The position numbers were made by a program, and so were the translations under genes. Shown here piece by piece: positions 1-6,945 of a DNA stretch of 37,962 nucleotides. Below the pieces are notes generated by a model, which saw nothing but the letters and a program-made list of their open reading frames with translations, made no database searches and was not told where the DNA came from. The DNA is from a virus (taxonomy: Duplodnaviria; Caudoviricetes). The stretch is from positions 1-37,962 of IMG/VR virus record IMGVR_UViG_3300022407_003348. The stretch is one strand, 5' to 3'. Each line of letters opens with the position of its first letter. Position 1 is the first letter of the stretch.

Positions 1-458
1 AGCGCGACATCTATTGGCGGCATCGTTTTAAGCAGCGGAAGCCCGCGAAGCCACAGGCACACCCGCTTCCTGATCGGGACGCCGAAATCAAACGGGTTGA
101 CCTCTTGATCCTGCTTGCGGAAGGCGGCGCTCGGGTAGCCGCGCGGGTTCTCCAGCGCGACCATCTGAGCCGGCGCATTGTACAGAGCCATAAAGAACGA
201 AAGCGCGGCCTCCCGCTTCTCGGCGCGGCCTTCGTCGTTCCAGTTCGCCGCACCCGCGTAGGTCAGGTAGGTGCAAGGAGGGTGACCGATTATCAAATCC
301 CATGAACCGCCATAGGCTACGTCCAGCGCGTCGCCTTGGACGTGCCAGCGTGGGTCACCTTCAGTGGGAAGGATGTCACAAGACCATGCGTCGTGACCCT
401 TGCGTCGAAAGGCGTCTCGGACTGTGGCGGAATACTCACAAGCGACGAGCACCCTCAT
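1..458 (-). CDS. C5-cytosine DNA methyltransferase-like protein, N-terminal part (continues across the junction to 37669; ~207 aa total)
   Basis: Manual translation from ATG 458: MRVLVACEYSATVRDAF...DLIIGHPPCTYL...VALENP (PC and ENx catalytic motifs); ATGA overlap with upstream stop; absent from ORF track because it crosses the end. Confidence 0.8.
   Translation of the reverse strand, partial: MRVLVACEYSATVRDAFRRKGHDAWSCDILPTEGDPRWHVQGDALDVAYGGSWDLIIGHPPCTYLTYAGAANWNDEGRAEKREAALSFFMALYNAPAQMVALENPRGYPSAAFRKQDQEVNPFDFGVPIRKRVCLWLRGLPLLKTMPPIDVA
2..127. repeat. Terminal direct repeat, left copy (126 bp; circular overlap)
   Basis: 2-127 is identical to 37836-37961; the flanking terminal bases differ. 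Confidence 0.95.
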
Positions 459-1150
459 CCCTCATCTCCACTATTCCTGGTGGCGGTGGCGATTGCGGCA
501 TGGAAACGGGCGATGGCGGGCGAAACGTGGCCGCTGAACTCTCTGGCATCCTCGTCCGTCGTGATGCGGTTCTCGAAGTCAACGAGCCGGTCCAGCAGGA
601 AAGCGCCAGTTCCCAGCAGTTCAGCATTCACCCCCTCTACAGGAGGGATTGGTTCACTCGCTGCGCTCGTACCCATCGAGACTGAGGCTGCGGGCGGGGG
701 TGGCAGGGGCATCCAGTGGGTGGGGTTGGCCTTCATGATTTGGCCGTTGAAAGTGGCCAGCCCCCAATCGCCGCTGTCGAAAAGCATCCCTTCGGTGACG
801 CCCCATCGCGGATCGAAAATGATGACCTTCTTGCCGCGCCGTGCCGTCTCAATCGGTTGCCAGCCTACAACACCCGTTCCGTGACCCTCGGTGGGGACGG
901 ACGGCGAAGCCGGGAGTGAACCCTTATCTGCGGCTTCGGAGACAAGGCGGAAGGCGATGATGTCGCAGCCGCTGCCAAGCCGTCCGCTCCAGTTCAAGCG
1001 GTCGCTATCTCGCTTGTGGTCGTCGTCGGTAAGCCCGCGCTCTTCAGTGCGCCAGTTGACCACCCGCCCCGGCACCGGATTCTCCCCTCCGCTCCAGTCG
1101 TACCAAACGCCCGGCTCGTAGGTCTCCGGCTTAACGTCTCTATTGGTCAT
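455..1150 (-). CDS. Mosaic accessory protein with DUF551-like segment
   Basis: WQPIETA...PTHWMPLPPPP motif. Confidence 0.7.
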   Translation of the reverse strand: MTNRDVKPETYEPGVWYDWSGGENPVPGRVVNWRTEERGLTDDDHKRDSDRLNWSGRLGSGCDIIAFRLVSEAADKGSLPASPSVPTEGHGTGVVGWQPIETARRGKKVIIFDPRWGVTEGMLFDSGDWGLATFNGQIMKANPTHWMPLPPPPAASVSMGTSAASEPIPPVEGVNAELLGTGAFLLDRLVDFENRITTDEDAREFSGHVSPAIARFHAAIATATRNSGDEG

Positions 1151-1153
1151 TGG

Positions 1154-1351
1154 TCAGCCAATCCAGAACAGCGAGAGAACGCCAGCCATAACAGCCAGCA
1201 GGATGATGGAGCGGGGGCGGAACACCTCAGCCAGGGCCATAGCCCAAACCGGAGGCTCATCGGACGGGCGGAAATCAAACCCGCGACTGCTCTGGTTGGT
1301 GGCCTGAGCTGCGGCCATGCGGTGATCGGTGTAGCTGTGACGGTCGTTCAT
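1154..1351 (-). CDS. Small membrane protein
   Basis: C-terminal hydrophobic helix; ATGA coupling. Confidence 0.6.
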   Translation of the reverse strand: MNDRHSYTDHRMAAAQATNQSSRGFDFRPSDEPPVWAMALAEVFRPRSIILLAVMAGVLSLFWIG

Positions 1352-1563
1352 TGGGTTTCCTCCCTCTCAGAAGCCTTGGCCATTTCAGCGAAGGTTTCTG
1401 CCCATGAATGTATGATGTCGCCCATAGCCCGGTTGGAACGCTCGTTTTGCTCCCATACCTTCTCAAGCTTGGAGCCTTGGCGGGGGCGGACTGCAATCGG
1501 GTTTGGCTGCTTCATGACCGTTAACTTAGGCTCCTTGCTGGCGTAGTCAACTGATATTTTCAT
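1348..1563 (-). CDS. Hypothetical protein
   Basis: ATG 1563 overlaps upstream stop (ATGA); stop coupled to next gene. Confidence 0.55.
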   Translation of the reverse strand: MKISVDYASKEPKLTVMKQPNPIAVRPRQGSKLEKVWEQNERSNRAMGDIIHSWAETFAEMAKASEREETQ

Positions 1564-2156
1564 CGTCCCGTTACCGCCTCTAGCAGCTTGGCGCGCTGAC
1601 CCGTCGCCTTCTCGCAAGCCTCGTTCAGCTCGCTCAGGGTCGGAAACCAGTTAGGCTTTACCGTCCGCATCGCAAAATCCATGCAGACGCCCTTGGCTAT
1701 GTCAGCCGGGTATTGCGCCAGACAGGCGGCATAGAGGCTCATCGTCAGGTCGAGCGTTGCCGTGTCATCACCACGGCGAGCCGTTACCGCGTGAAGCCCT
1801 GCCACCCACTCCTCGCACTTGTCCAGCGTCGGACGGGTCATCGCAGCCTCGACCGCGTTCCGTGCCGTTGTCCGGTTTGACGGGGTTAATCCAGACACCT
1901 GAAAGCCCGTCGTCCGGTTGTAGTACCCGCCTTCCGGCGGAAACATCATCCTGATTTGCGGCTTGGCGACGACGCTCAGCGAGGATTCCAGCCATGCCAG
2001 TAGCTTTCGATCTGTCTCCGCTGGCCGTTGGCTTTCCAGCCGCTCCCGCACCGCGCCGATTGCGACACCACGTCCGCCATGTTGCAGGCCAGTCGAGTTT
2101 GCATCCTCCTGCGCCCGGTTTAGCAATCCAGAAATCACGGAATTGATCGGCTTCAT
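1560..2156 (-). CDS. Replication accessory protein (helicase loader/inhibitor-like); start uncertain
   Basis: Follows the initiator; C-terminal YPADIA...WFPTLSEL motif typical of proteins in this slot. Confidence 0.6.
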   Translation of the reverse strand: MKPINSVISGLLNRAQEDANSTGLQHGGRGVAIGAVRERLESQRPAETDRKLLAWLESSLSVVAKPQIRMMFPPEGGYYNRTTGFQVSGLTPSNRTTARNAVEAAMTRPTLDKCEEWVAGLHAVTARRGDDTATLDLTMSLYAACLAQYPADIAKGVCMDFAMRTVKPNWFPTLSELNEACEKATGQRAKLLEAVTGR

Positions 2157-2682
2157 GAGATATTTCCCTGACGCTCATGTTTTGTTGGTTAAGGGCGAAC
2201 GCTACGTCGGCTTGCGATGGAACCCAATCTGAAGGCAATCGAGTGCCTTTCTTTGGAGAAGCTGTAAGCTTCTCTTTCTTTAACTCTGGTTCTGGTTCTG
2301 GAGAATGCTTAAGCAATCGTGAAGCATTTGCTGAAGCCAGTTTGTTAGATTTCAACGCCTTAGCTCTTGCCCCGGCTTTCCCCGACTGCGATCTTTTTTG
2401 CGATTTTTCTTCAGCGATTGAGAGTTCAGCGGAAAGCCTTTTCTGCGTAAAGCCGCCTTCGCATGGCGTGAAAAACTCCAGAACCTCGGCGCAGATTTTT
2501 GCCCAGCGCGAGGGGGTAAGGCCCGCTATTCTGGCCAGCTTGACGGGGTTATCAGACAAGACGCCTTCGGAGCGCCACATGGTCATCAGGAGGAGCAAAT
2601 ATGCCCCGTGCTGTTCGGTGGTCAGGTGTCGTGTGTCGCCAAGGTAGTCAGCGACATAGAGCTGCATGAACGGCGCGCTCAC
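1768..2682 (-). CDS. Replication initiator, YdaU/DUF1376 family
   Basis: N-term MQLYVADYLGDTRHLTTEQHGAYLLLLMTMW; C-term RLPSDWVP...FRDFW...DWPATWRTWCRN. Confidence 0.85.
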   Translation of the reverse strand: MSAPFMQLYVADYLGDTRHLTTEQHGAYLLLLMTMWRSEGVLSDNPVKLARIAGLTPSRWAKICAEVLEFFTPCEGGFTQKRLSAELSIAEEKSQKRSQSGKAGARAKALKSNKLASANASRLLKHSPEPEPELKKEKLTASPKKGTRLPSDWVPSQADVAFALNQQNMSVREISHEADQFRDFWIAKPGAGGCKLDWPATWRTWCRNRRGAGAAGKPTASGDRSKATGMAGILAERRRQAANQDDVSAGRRVLQPDDGLSGVWINPVKPDNGTERGRGCDDPSDAGQVRGVGGRASRGNGSPW

Positions 2683-2698
2683 GGAACAACCCGGAGGC

Positions 2699-2727
2699 TT
2701 GCGCGATTAGTCTGGTGGCGGTAAAAC
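2699..2727 (+). promoter_or_regulatory. Putative sigma70 promoter for antisense RNA
   Basis: TTGCGC(2699-2704)-N17-TAAAAC(2722-2727); predicted +1 at the base of hairpin 1. Confidence 0.55.
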
Positions 2728-2733
2728 CGCATA

Positions 2734-2925
2734 GTCGATGGCTCCGTGTAAGCCGTTGGCGTTTCGCGGTTCAGTCGTAACCCTGAGCCGCACCGAATGT
2801 TATCCGTCATTGATCTCAAAATATCAAGGCGGGAAACAGGGGAACGCGGCGGGGATTTGCTCCCCCTTGTACCCGCTGCGGAGGACGAAGGCCCGGCACG
2901 TGAATCATCCGTGCCGGGCCTTTTT
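2734..2925 (+). ncRNA. Putative ~190-nt multi-hairpin antisense RNA
   Basis: Stems 2734-43/2751-60, 2766-74/2783-91, 2804-14/2823-32, 2845-53/2872-80, then terminator; G-U wobbles favour the + strand. Confidence 0.65.
2888..2925 (+). terminator. Intrinsic terminator, antisense to the early operon
   Basis: Perfect 13-bp stem AAGGCCCGGCACG/CGTGCCGGGCCTT ending in a T run. Confidence 0.8.
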
Positions 2926-2926
2926 C

Positions 2927-3130
2927 TCACCCGATCAGCCTAAGCGGAACCACGGTCCCTGCTTTCAAATGGTCGCCCCTTAGAAACGCCTCCGCAAGAG
3001 CGCGTCTAAAGCGCAAGTCTCCCTCTCGCTGGCGGTTCTCTGCCTCGCGTTCCTTGTCCAGTCCTGGTGGTGTCGATCTGGCCAGCACAGCGGCCTTCAA
3101 CGGGCGAAAGTAGTGGGTGCTATTGGACAC
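2927..3130 (-). CDS. Hypothetical protein
   Basis: GTG 3130 overlaps upstream gene end; shares C-terminal motif with upstream gene. Confidence 0.6.
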   Translation of the reverse strand: MSNSTHYFRPLKAAVLARSTPPGLDKEREAENRQREGDLRFRRALAEAFLRGDHLKAGTVVPLRLIG

Positions 3131-3464
3131 GCGCGGCCTCCGGCAAATGCTCACCACGATAGATCGACAGAGCAATGGCTCTCACCAAGCGTTCGCTGCT
3201 ATCCTCAAGCCGGTTCCGGTTTTCCTGCGGAAGTGCTATGTCATAGGGACGGATGAACCCGCCGTATGTGTCCCGCGTAAACCGCAACCCTAGGGCTTGA
3301 GAACGCCCCTTGATGGCCATGAAGGTCCGGCCCATAATCGCGGCGGCTTCCTTCCTCGAAAGCCCTGATAGGGCCAGAACCCGCAAGCGCTCGTCTTGCT
3401 CGTCATCCCAAGCGTCCCCGTAGGCCGCAGACAGTTTCGGTGATGGATTGATCGGCTTAGTCAT
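3120..3464 (-). CDS. GcrA-like HTH transcription regulator
   Basis: WDDEQDERLRVLALSGLSRKEAAAIMGRTFMAIKGRSQALGL resembles the GcrA N-terminal domain pattern. Confidence 0.65.
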   Translation of the reverse strand: MTKPINPSPKLSAAYGDAWDDEQDERLRVLALSGLSRKEAAAIMGRTFMAIKGRSQALGLRFTRDTYGGFIRPYDIALPQENRNRLEDSSERLVRAIALSIYRGEHLPEAARVQ

Positions 3465-3840
3465 TTGGCTTTCCCCTAAAAGGCCGTGACGGTATTTTCT
3501 GTTTCGGGCCGTTCTTATCAAACCCGCGTGACTGGATAAGGCCAAAGCCTCTGGTTTGGCGTCTGGCCCACTGGCCCTTCTCGTTGCCTTGCCGCTTGGC
3601 CTTGGCAATGCGCTTAACGTCGTCGCCAGTCTTAAGCGTCCGATGGCAGACCGTGTGCGCTACCTTTAGATTATCGTCCGAATCATCAAACGACAGCGCC
3701 CACGGGATGACGTGTTCGACCTCGAAAAGTTGGCCGATCTTGATCTTGTCTCGGCAAAGGTAGCAGCGTCCGTCTTCCTTCACGAAGACGCGGACCCGGC
3801 GAGCTTTGGACATTGAGGGCCTGGGTGGAGCGGCGGTCAC
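3457..3840 (-). CDS. HNH endonuclease
   Basis: CYLC...EVEHVIP...DDNL..AH..CH; GTG 3840 coupled to upstream stop. Confidence 0.85.
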   Translation of the reverse strand: MTAAPPRPSMSKARRVRVFVKEDGRCYLCRDKIKIGQLFEVEHVIPWALSFDDSDDNLKVAHTVCHRTLKTGDDVKRIAKAKRQGNEKGQWARRQTRGFGLIQSRGFDKNGPKQKIPSRPFRGKPND

Positions 3841-3986
3841 AAGTCCCGCTCTTTCCATACGTCCTTTGCGCGGTCTGCGATGCCAGCAAAATGATCTCCC
3901 ACCGCAATCTCAACCTCGCGATCTGTAGGCTCGCGGCCTAGTTCGTCCGAAAGACGGTCATACTGAGCAATCCAAATCTCTTTCAT
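3837..3986 (-). CDS. Small hypothetical protein (49 aa, MKEIWIAQYDRLSDELGREPTD...)
   Basis: Manual translation; ATGA/GTGA coupling at both ends. Confidence 0.65.
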   Translation of the reverse strand: MKEIWIAQYDRLSDELGREPTDREVEIAVGDHFAGIADRAKDVWKERDL

Positions 3987-4840
3987 GACGCGCAATATCC
4001 TCCATCACACCCGCTCTCTGTTTGGCTCTTGCCAGTGCTATCGGAGAGGGAGCGATATTTGCCTCTCTTAGCTTGTGACCAGCGCACGACCTCATGAATG
4101 CCTGTTGCGCCCATTTTGGACGCAGGCCGAAAGAAAGTGCGAGGCTTTCCGTTGCTGGTGATCCCCATCTCCCCCTCTAGGCGCGCTACGTCCTGAATTA
4201 CTACGTCGGGGGTCATAAGCAGGCCCTCGCGGTTCTCATTGATGCACAGTTTGCACTCTTTGGACTTGTGCGGGAGAACCTCAAAACCAGCCCGCAAAAT
4301 CAGCGCATCACGCTGTTCGTTGGTCGTGTCCCAAAGCGGCTGGCGAAGGTCGCGGCCTCCATGCGCCTCGCTCTTGTAAACCCACTCAACAGTGTTTGAC
4401 CGTTCGGCGCTTTCGTGGCGACGCTTACCATTCGCACAGATGGCTTTTCCGGTCGGGTCGTGTTCCGCCAGAAACGCAATCGTCGGAATCATCTTGAGGA
4501 TTTCGGTGCAGAACTGGATGCCCTGTCGCGGGAACGCCTTTTTGAACTTCACAAGCGCCTCAAACCCCATCGACGTTGTGCGGGCATGGCGGAACCCGTA
4601 GCTTTCGCACAGGACTTCAACACGCTCGATGCGTTCGTGCCATGACTCCTGATTGCCGACCGCTGGCATTGACCAGCCAGTATCGTTGTAGAGGCACAGG
4701 ACGTTCTTAAAGCCGTTCTCGTAAAACCACTGGATTAGCGCGATGGAGTCGTTTCCGCCGCTGTTAGCGACGACGTACCAGCCCTCGCCAAGCGACCCTC
4801 CGTCAAGGCTATGAACTAGGTCATATTGAAATGCGCTCAT
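3983..4840 (-). CDS. PAPS reductase-family (adenine nucleotide alpha-hydrolase) protein
   Basis: SGGNDS PP-loop, DTGW, FCTEILK, G.RRHES..R, Cys-rich end. Confidence 0.85.
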   Translation of the reverse strand: MSAFQYDLVHSLDGGSLGEGWYVVANSGGNDSIALIQWFYENGFKNVLCLYNDTGWSMPAVGNQESWHERIERVEVLCESYGFRHARTTSMGFEALVKFKKAFPRQGIQFCTEILKMIPTIAFLAEHDPTGKAICANGKRRHESAERSNTVEWVYKSEAHGGRDLRQPLWDTTNEQRDALILRAGFEVLPHKSKECKLCINENREGLLMTPDVVIQDVARLEGEMGITSNGKPRTFFRPASKMGATGIHEVVRWSQAKRGKYRSLSDSTGKSQTESGCDGGYCAS

Positions 4841-5157
4841 GTTTCTCTAACCTCCGCCCCAGTCAGAGCCTTCAGCAGCTTGACCTTGATGCGGTAAACG
4901 GGGTGCTTACGGGTGATGGGACTTTTCGTGTCCTCGATCACTTGTCTGCCATTCTCGACATAGGTAGCATCAGGAATGAAAGTGCAGACGAGTTGTCCGT
5001 TGACGACAAGCGGCATTCGCACTTGACGAGCAAGGTCGGAAATCTGACCCGCTCGCTGTAACAGACAAAGTTCGGACCACCGCCGAGCCTCCTTGGCTGA
5101 ATCGAACGACAGGCCATCAACCTCAGTCTTTCGGTTGCGAAACTTGGGAGGCTTCAC
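4837..5157 (-). CDS. DUF1064 family putative nuclease
   Basis: KFRNRKTEVDGLSFDSAKEARRW...QV...PD...IEDTK. Confidence 0.85.
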   Translation of the reverse strand: MKPPKFRNRKTEVDGLSFDSAKEARRWSELCLLQRAGQISDLARQVRMPLVVNGQLVCTFIPDATYVENGRQVIEDTKSPITRKHPVYRIKVKLLKALTGAEVRET

Positions 5158-5423
5158 CGGCCAGACACCAGCTTAAGCTCTAGAACTGACAGGGCGCGCA
5201 GCTTGGCGTAAATGGGCGCTCTAGCCTTCTTTTGCTTGATGGCCTTTGCCAATTCATCCTTCAGCGCGTCGCGTTCACGCGCGATCTGCGCAAGGTGACG
5301 GCCTCTCATGGCATCGGCAGAAAAGAACGGATGCTGATGCCATTGCGCGGTTGGCGCATAGACTTTGGCCGGACGATGAAAGAACCCGTAGCGGCTTACG
5401 ATGCGTTTGAGAAAGGCCAGCAT
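5154..5423 (-). CDS. Hypothetical protein
   Basis: ATG 5423 overlaps upstream TGA. Confidence 0.6.
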   Translation of the reverse strand: MLAFLKRIVSRYGFFHRPAKVYAPTAQWHQHPFFSADAMRGRHLAQIARERDALKDELAKAIKQKKARAPIYAKLRALSVLELKLVSGR

Positions 5424-5521
5424 CACACACCCCACGCAGCGAGGATGACGACAGTCAGAACCAGGCCGATCACGTTAGCGGCCTTTGCCCATGCGGGCGG
5501 AAAGTGCAGTTGCTCAAACAC
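5423..5521 (-). CDS. 32-aa membrane microprotein (MFEQLHFPPAWAKAANVIGLVLTVVILAAWGV)
   Basis: Manual translation; coupled at both ends; one TM helix. Confidence 0.55.
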   Translation of the reverse strand: MFEQLHFPPAWAKAANVIGLVLTVVILAAWGV

Positions 5522-5688
5522 TAGGCTTCTCCCTTGGCTTTCCGGCGCGCTCTGGCCCGGTCCATGATTTGCTTGATGACCGCCCCATAATAGGCGGCGT
5601 CCAGTCGGCTTTTGCGCCGCATTTCTTGGGCTTCCGCAAGCTGCTGCGGCTCGCCGTCACGAAGATAGTCGGTAAGCTGTTTGGTCAT
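5521..5688 (-). CDS. 55-aa basic protein, first gene of leftward operon, probably leaderless
   Basis: MTKQLTDYLRDGEP...RARARRKAKGEA; ATG 6 nt after a -10 box. Confidence 0.6.
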   Translation of the reverse strand: MTKQLTDYLRDGEPQQLAEAQEMRRKSRLDAAYYGAVIKQIMDRARARRKAKGEA

Positions 5689-5694
5689 GACCGC

Positions 5695-5724
5695 ATCTTA
5701 GGCATACCGAAAACGCTATGTCTA
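5695..5724 (-). promoter_or_regulatory. Leftward early promoter overlapped by an inverted repeat
   Basis: TAGACA-N18-TAAGAT on - strand; TAGGCATA(5699-5706)...TATGTCTA(5717-5724). Confidence 0.55.
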
Positions 5725-5747
5725 TCGCAAAAAACATAAGAAAACGG

Positions 5748-5778
5748 CTTGACGCCCTCTCCGATCCCGTGGCTATAT
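5748..5778 (+). promoter_or_regulatory. Rightward early promoter
   Basis: A-tracts then CTTGAC-N19-CTATAT (alphaproteobacterial sigma70-type boxes, long spacer); SD AAGGGAG before ATG 5802. Confidence 0.6.
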
Positions 5779-5801
5779 GTGTCCAACAAGGGAGAGACGT
5801 T

Positions 5802-6119
5802 ATGACCACGCAAGCACAACTCGACAACGCGCTGACCGAATACGCCAGCGAAAACGGCGACGGCTTTTATTGCCGCGACTGGGTTGGCGCATACGAGTAT
5901 CAGGAGGAAGGTTTTGCGATGGCAGAACGTGCGCTGGCCATTGCGGAGGATGACCGCGAAAGCTGGCTTGAAGGACAGCGCGCGGCGTTTCCGCAGTCGG
6001 CCCGTTACCTGATTGCGGTGGCCACTGACTACCGCCTTGCCGATTTGGCTGATGAGGCCAAGCCTGCCGCCAAGCCCAACTTTTTCGCCATTGCCGCTGA
6101 CATTACGGGAGCGGTGTGA
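5802..6119 (+). CDS. Hypothetical early protein
   Basis: SD AAGGGAGAG upstream of ATG 5802. Confidence 0.7.
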   Translation: MTTQAQLDNALTEYASENGDGFYCRDWVGAYEYQEEGFAMAERALAIAEDDRESWLEGQRAAFPQSARYLIAVATDYRLADLADEAKPAAKPNFFAIAADITGAV

Positions 6120-6304
6120 TGCGGGATGATGCCGCAGGAGAAGCGATTGGCTGCCTGTTCTTTGTCGTCATGTTCTTTGCATGGCTGACGCACGTTATCG
6201 CCTGCTTGATGCAAGGCGAGTGGGGCTTCCTGATAGCGGGAGCGTTGTTCTTCCCTGTTGCCATAATCCACGGCATCGGGCTTTGGTTTGGGGTGTGGGG
6301 ATGA
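6116..6304 (+). CDS. Small two-TM membrane protein
   Basis: Hydrophobic; coupled start and stop. Confidence 0.7.
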   Translation: MMRDDAAGEAIGCLFFVVMFFAWLTHVIACLMQGEWGFLIAGALFFPVAIIHGIGLWFGVWG

Positions 6305-6543
6305 GCGCGGTAAAGAGCCACTTCCACGACCAGATTTGCGCGGCGGAAGGCGATGATGACTATCCGCTCTGCTTCCCGCGCGACAACGACACGGATGCAA
6401 GTTTTTGCCCCGAGTGCGGCGAACCGGAAGCGTCCCCGTCTGTCGAGGCGTTCGAGGTGTACGGCGAGGTCATGTGCCAGGATTGCGCGCGTCAGCTTTT
6501 CGAGGACGACGGCAGAGCGCACATTCTGGAGGCGATGCAATGA
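6301..6543 (+). CDS. Small Zn-finger protein
   Basis: CPEC...CQDC. Confidence 0.65.
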   Translation: MSAVKSHFHDQICAAEGDDDYPLCFPRDNDTDASFCPECGEPEASPSVEAFEVYGEVMCQDCARQLFEDDGRAHILEAMQ

Positions 6544-6731
6544 CTGACATCATCGAATCCATACGCGGCCTTCGCAATCAGACAATTACGTTTGAATCCG
6601 CAATGTCAGATTTGACCGTCGCAATCGGTAACGTCGAGCGGCTGTCTGATTTGCAGCCCGACCAGATGGAGCGGCTTTGGAAAGCCGTGGCCCGTCTCGG
6701 CAACGCAGCGGCGGCTAAAGCCAATGACTGA
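6540..6731 (+). CDS. Hypothetical protein
   Basis: SD GGAGG; ATGA coupling. Confidence 0.6.
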   Translation: MTDIIESIRGLRNQTITFESAMSDLTVAIGNVERLSDLQPDQMERLWKAVARLGNAAAAKAND

Positions 6732-6945
6732 CCGTCCCCTTGCAAAGTACGAGGATGGCCGTTTGTGGCTGGACGAAGGCGGTGTCTATGTGCCGTCGTC
6801 ACGGTTTAGCGTTCTAATGCGATGGGATCACTTTAGGCATTGGGATTATGCCCCCGCCGTAAAATATGCGCGTGATTTGAAAATCGCGCTCGATCAATAC
6901 GATAAGGCAATAGAGGAAGCCAAATGCGAAGCAGCGACACACTAG
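6724..6945 (+). CDS. Hypothetical protein
   Basis: Operon packing. Confidence 0.6.
   Translation: MTDRPLAKYEDGRLWLDEGGVYVPSSRFSVLMRWDHFRHWDYAPAVKYARDLKIALDQYDKAIEEAKCEAATH

Noticed and set aside
2734-2925. CRISPR mini-array or self-cleaving ribozyme
   Set aside because: Hairpins share no repeated sequence; no hammerhead or other ribozyme core recognised by eye
2738-2983. + strand 81-aa ORF
   Set aside because: Runs through a strong terminator and the hairpins; no recognisable protein features
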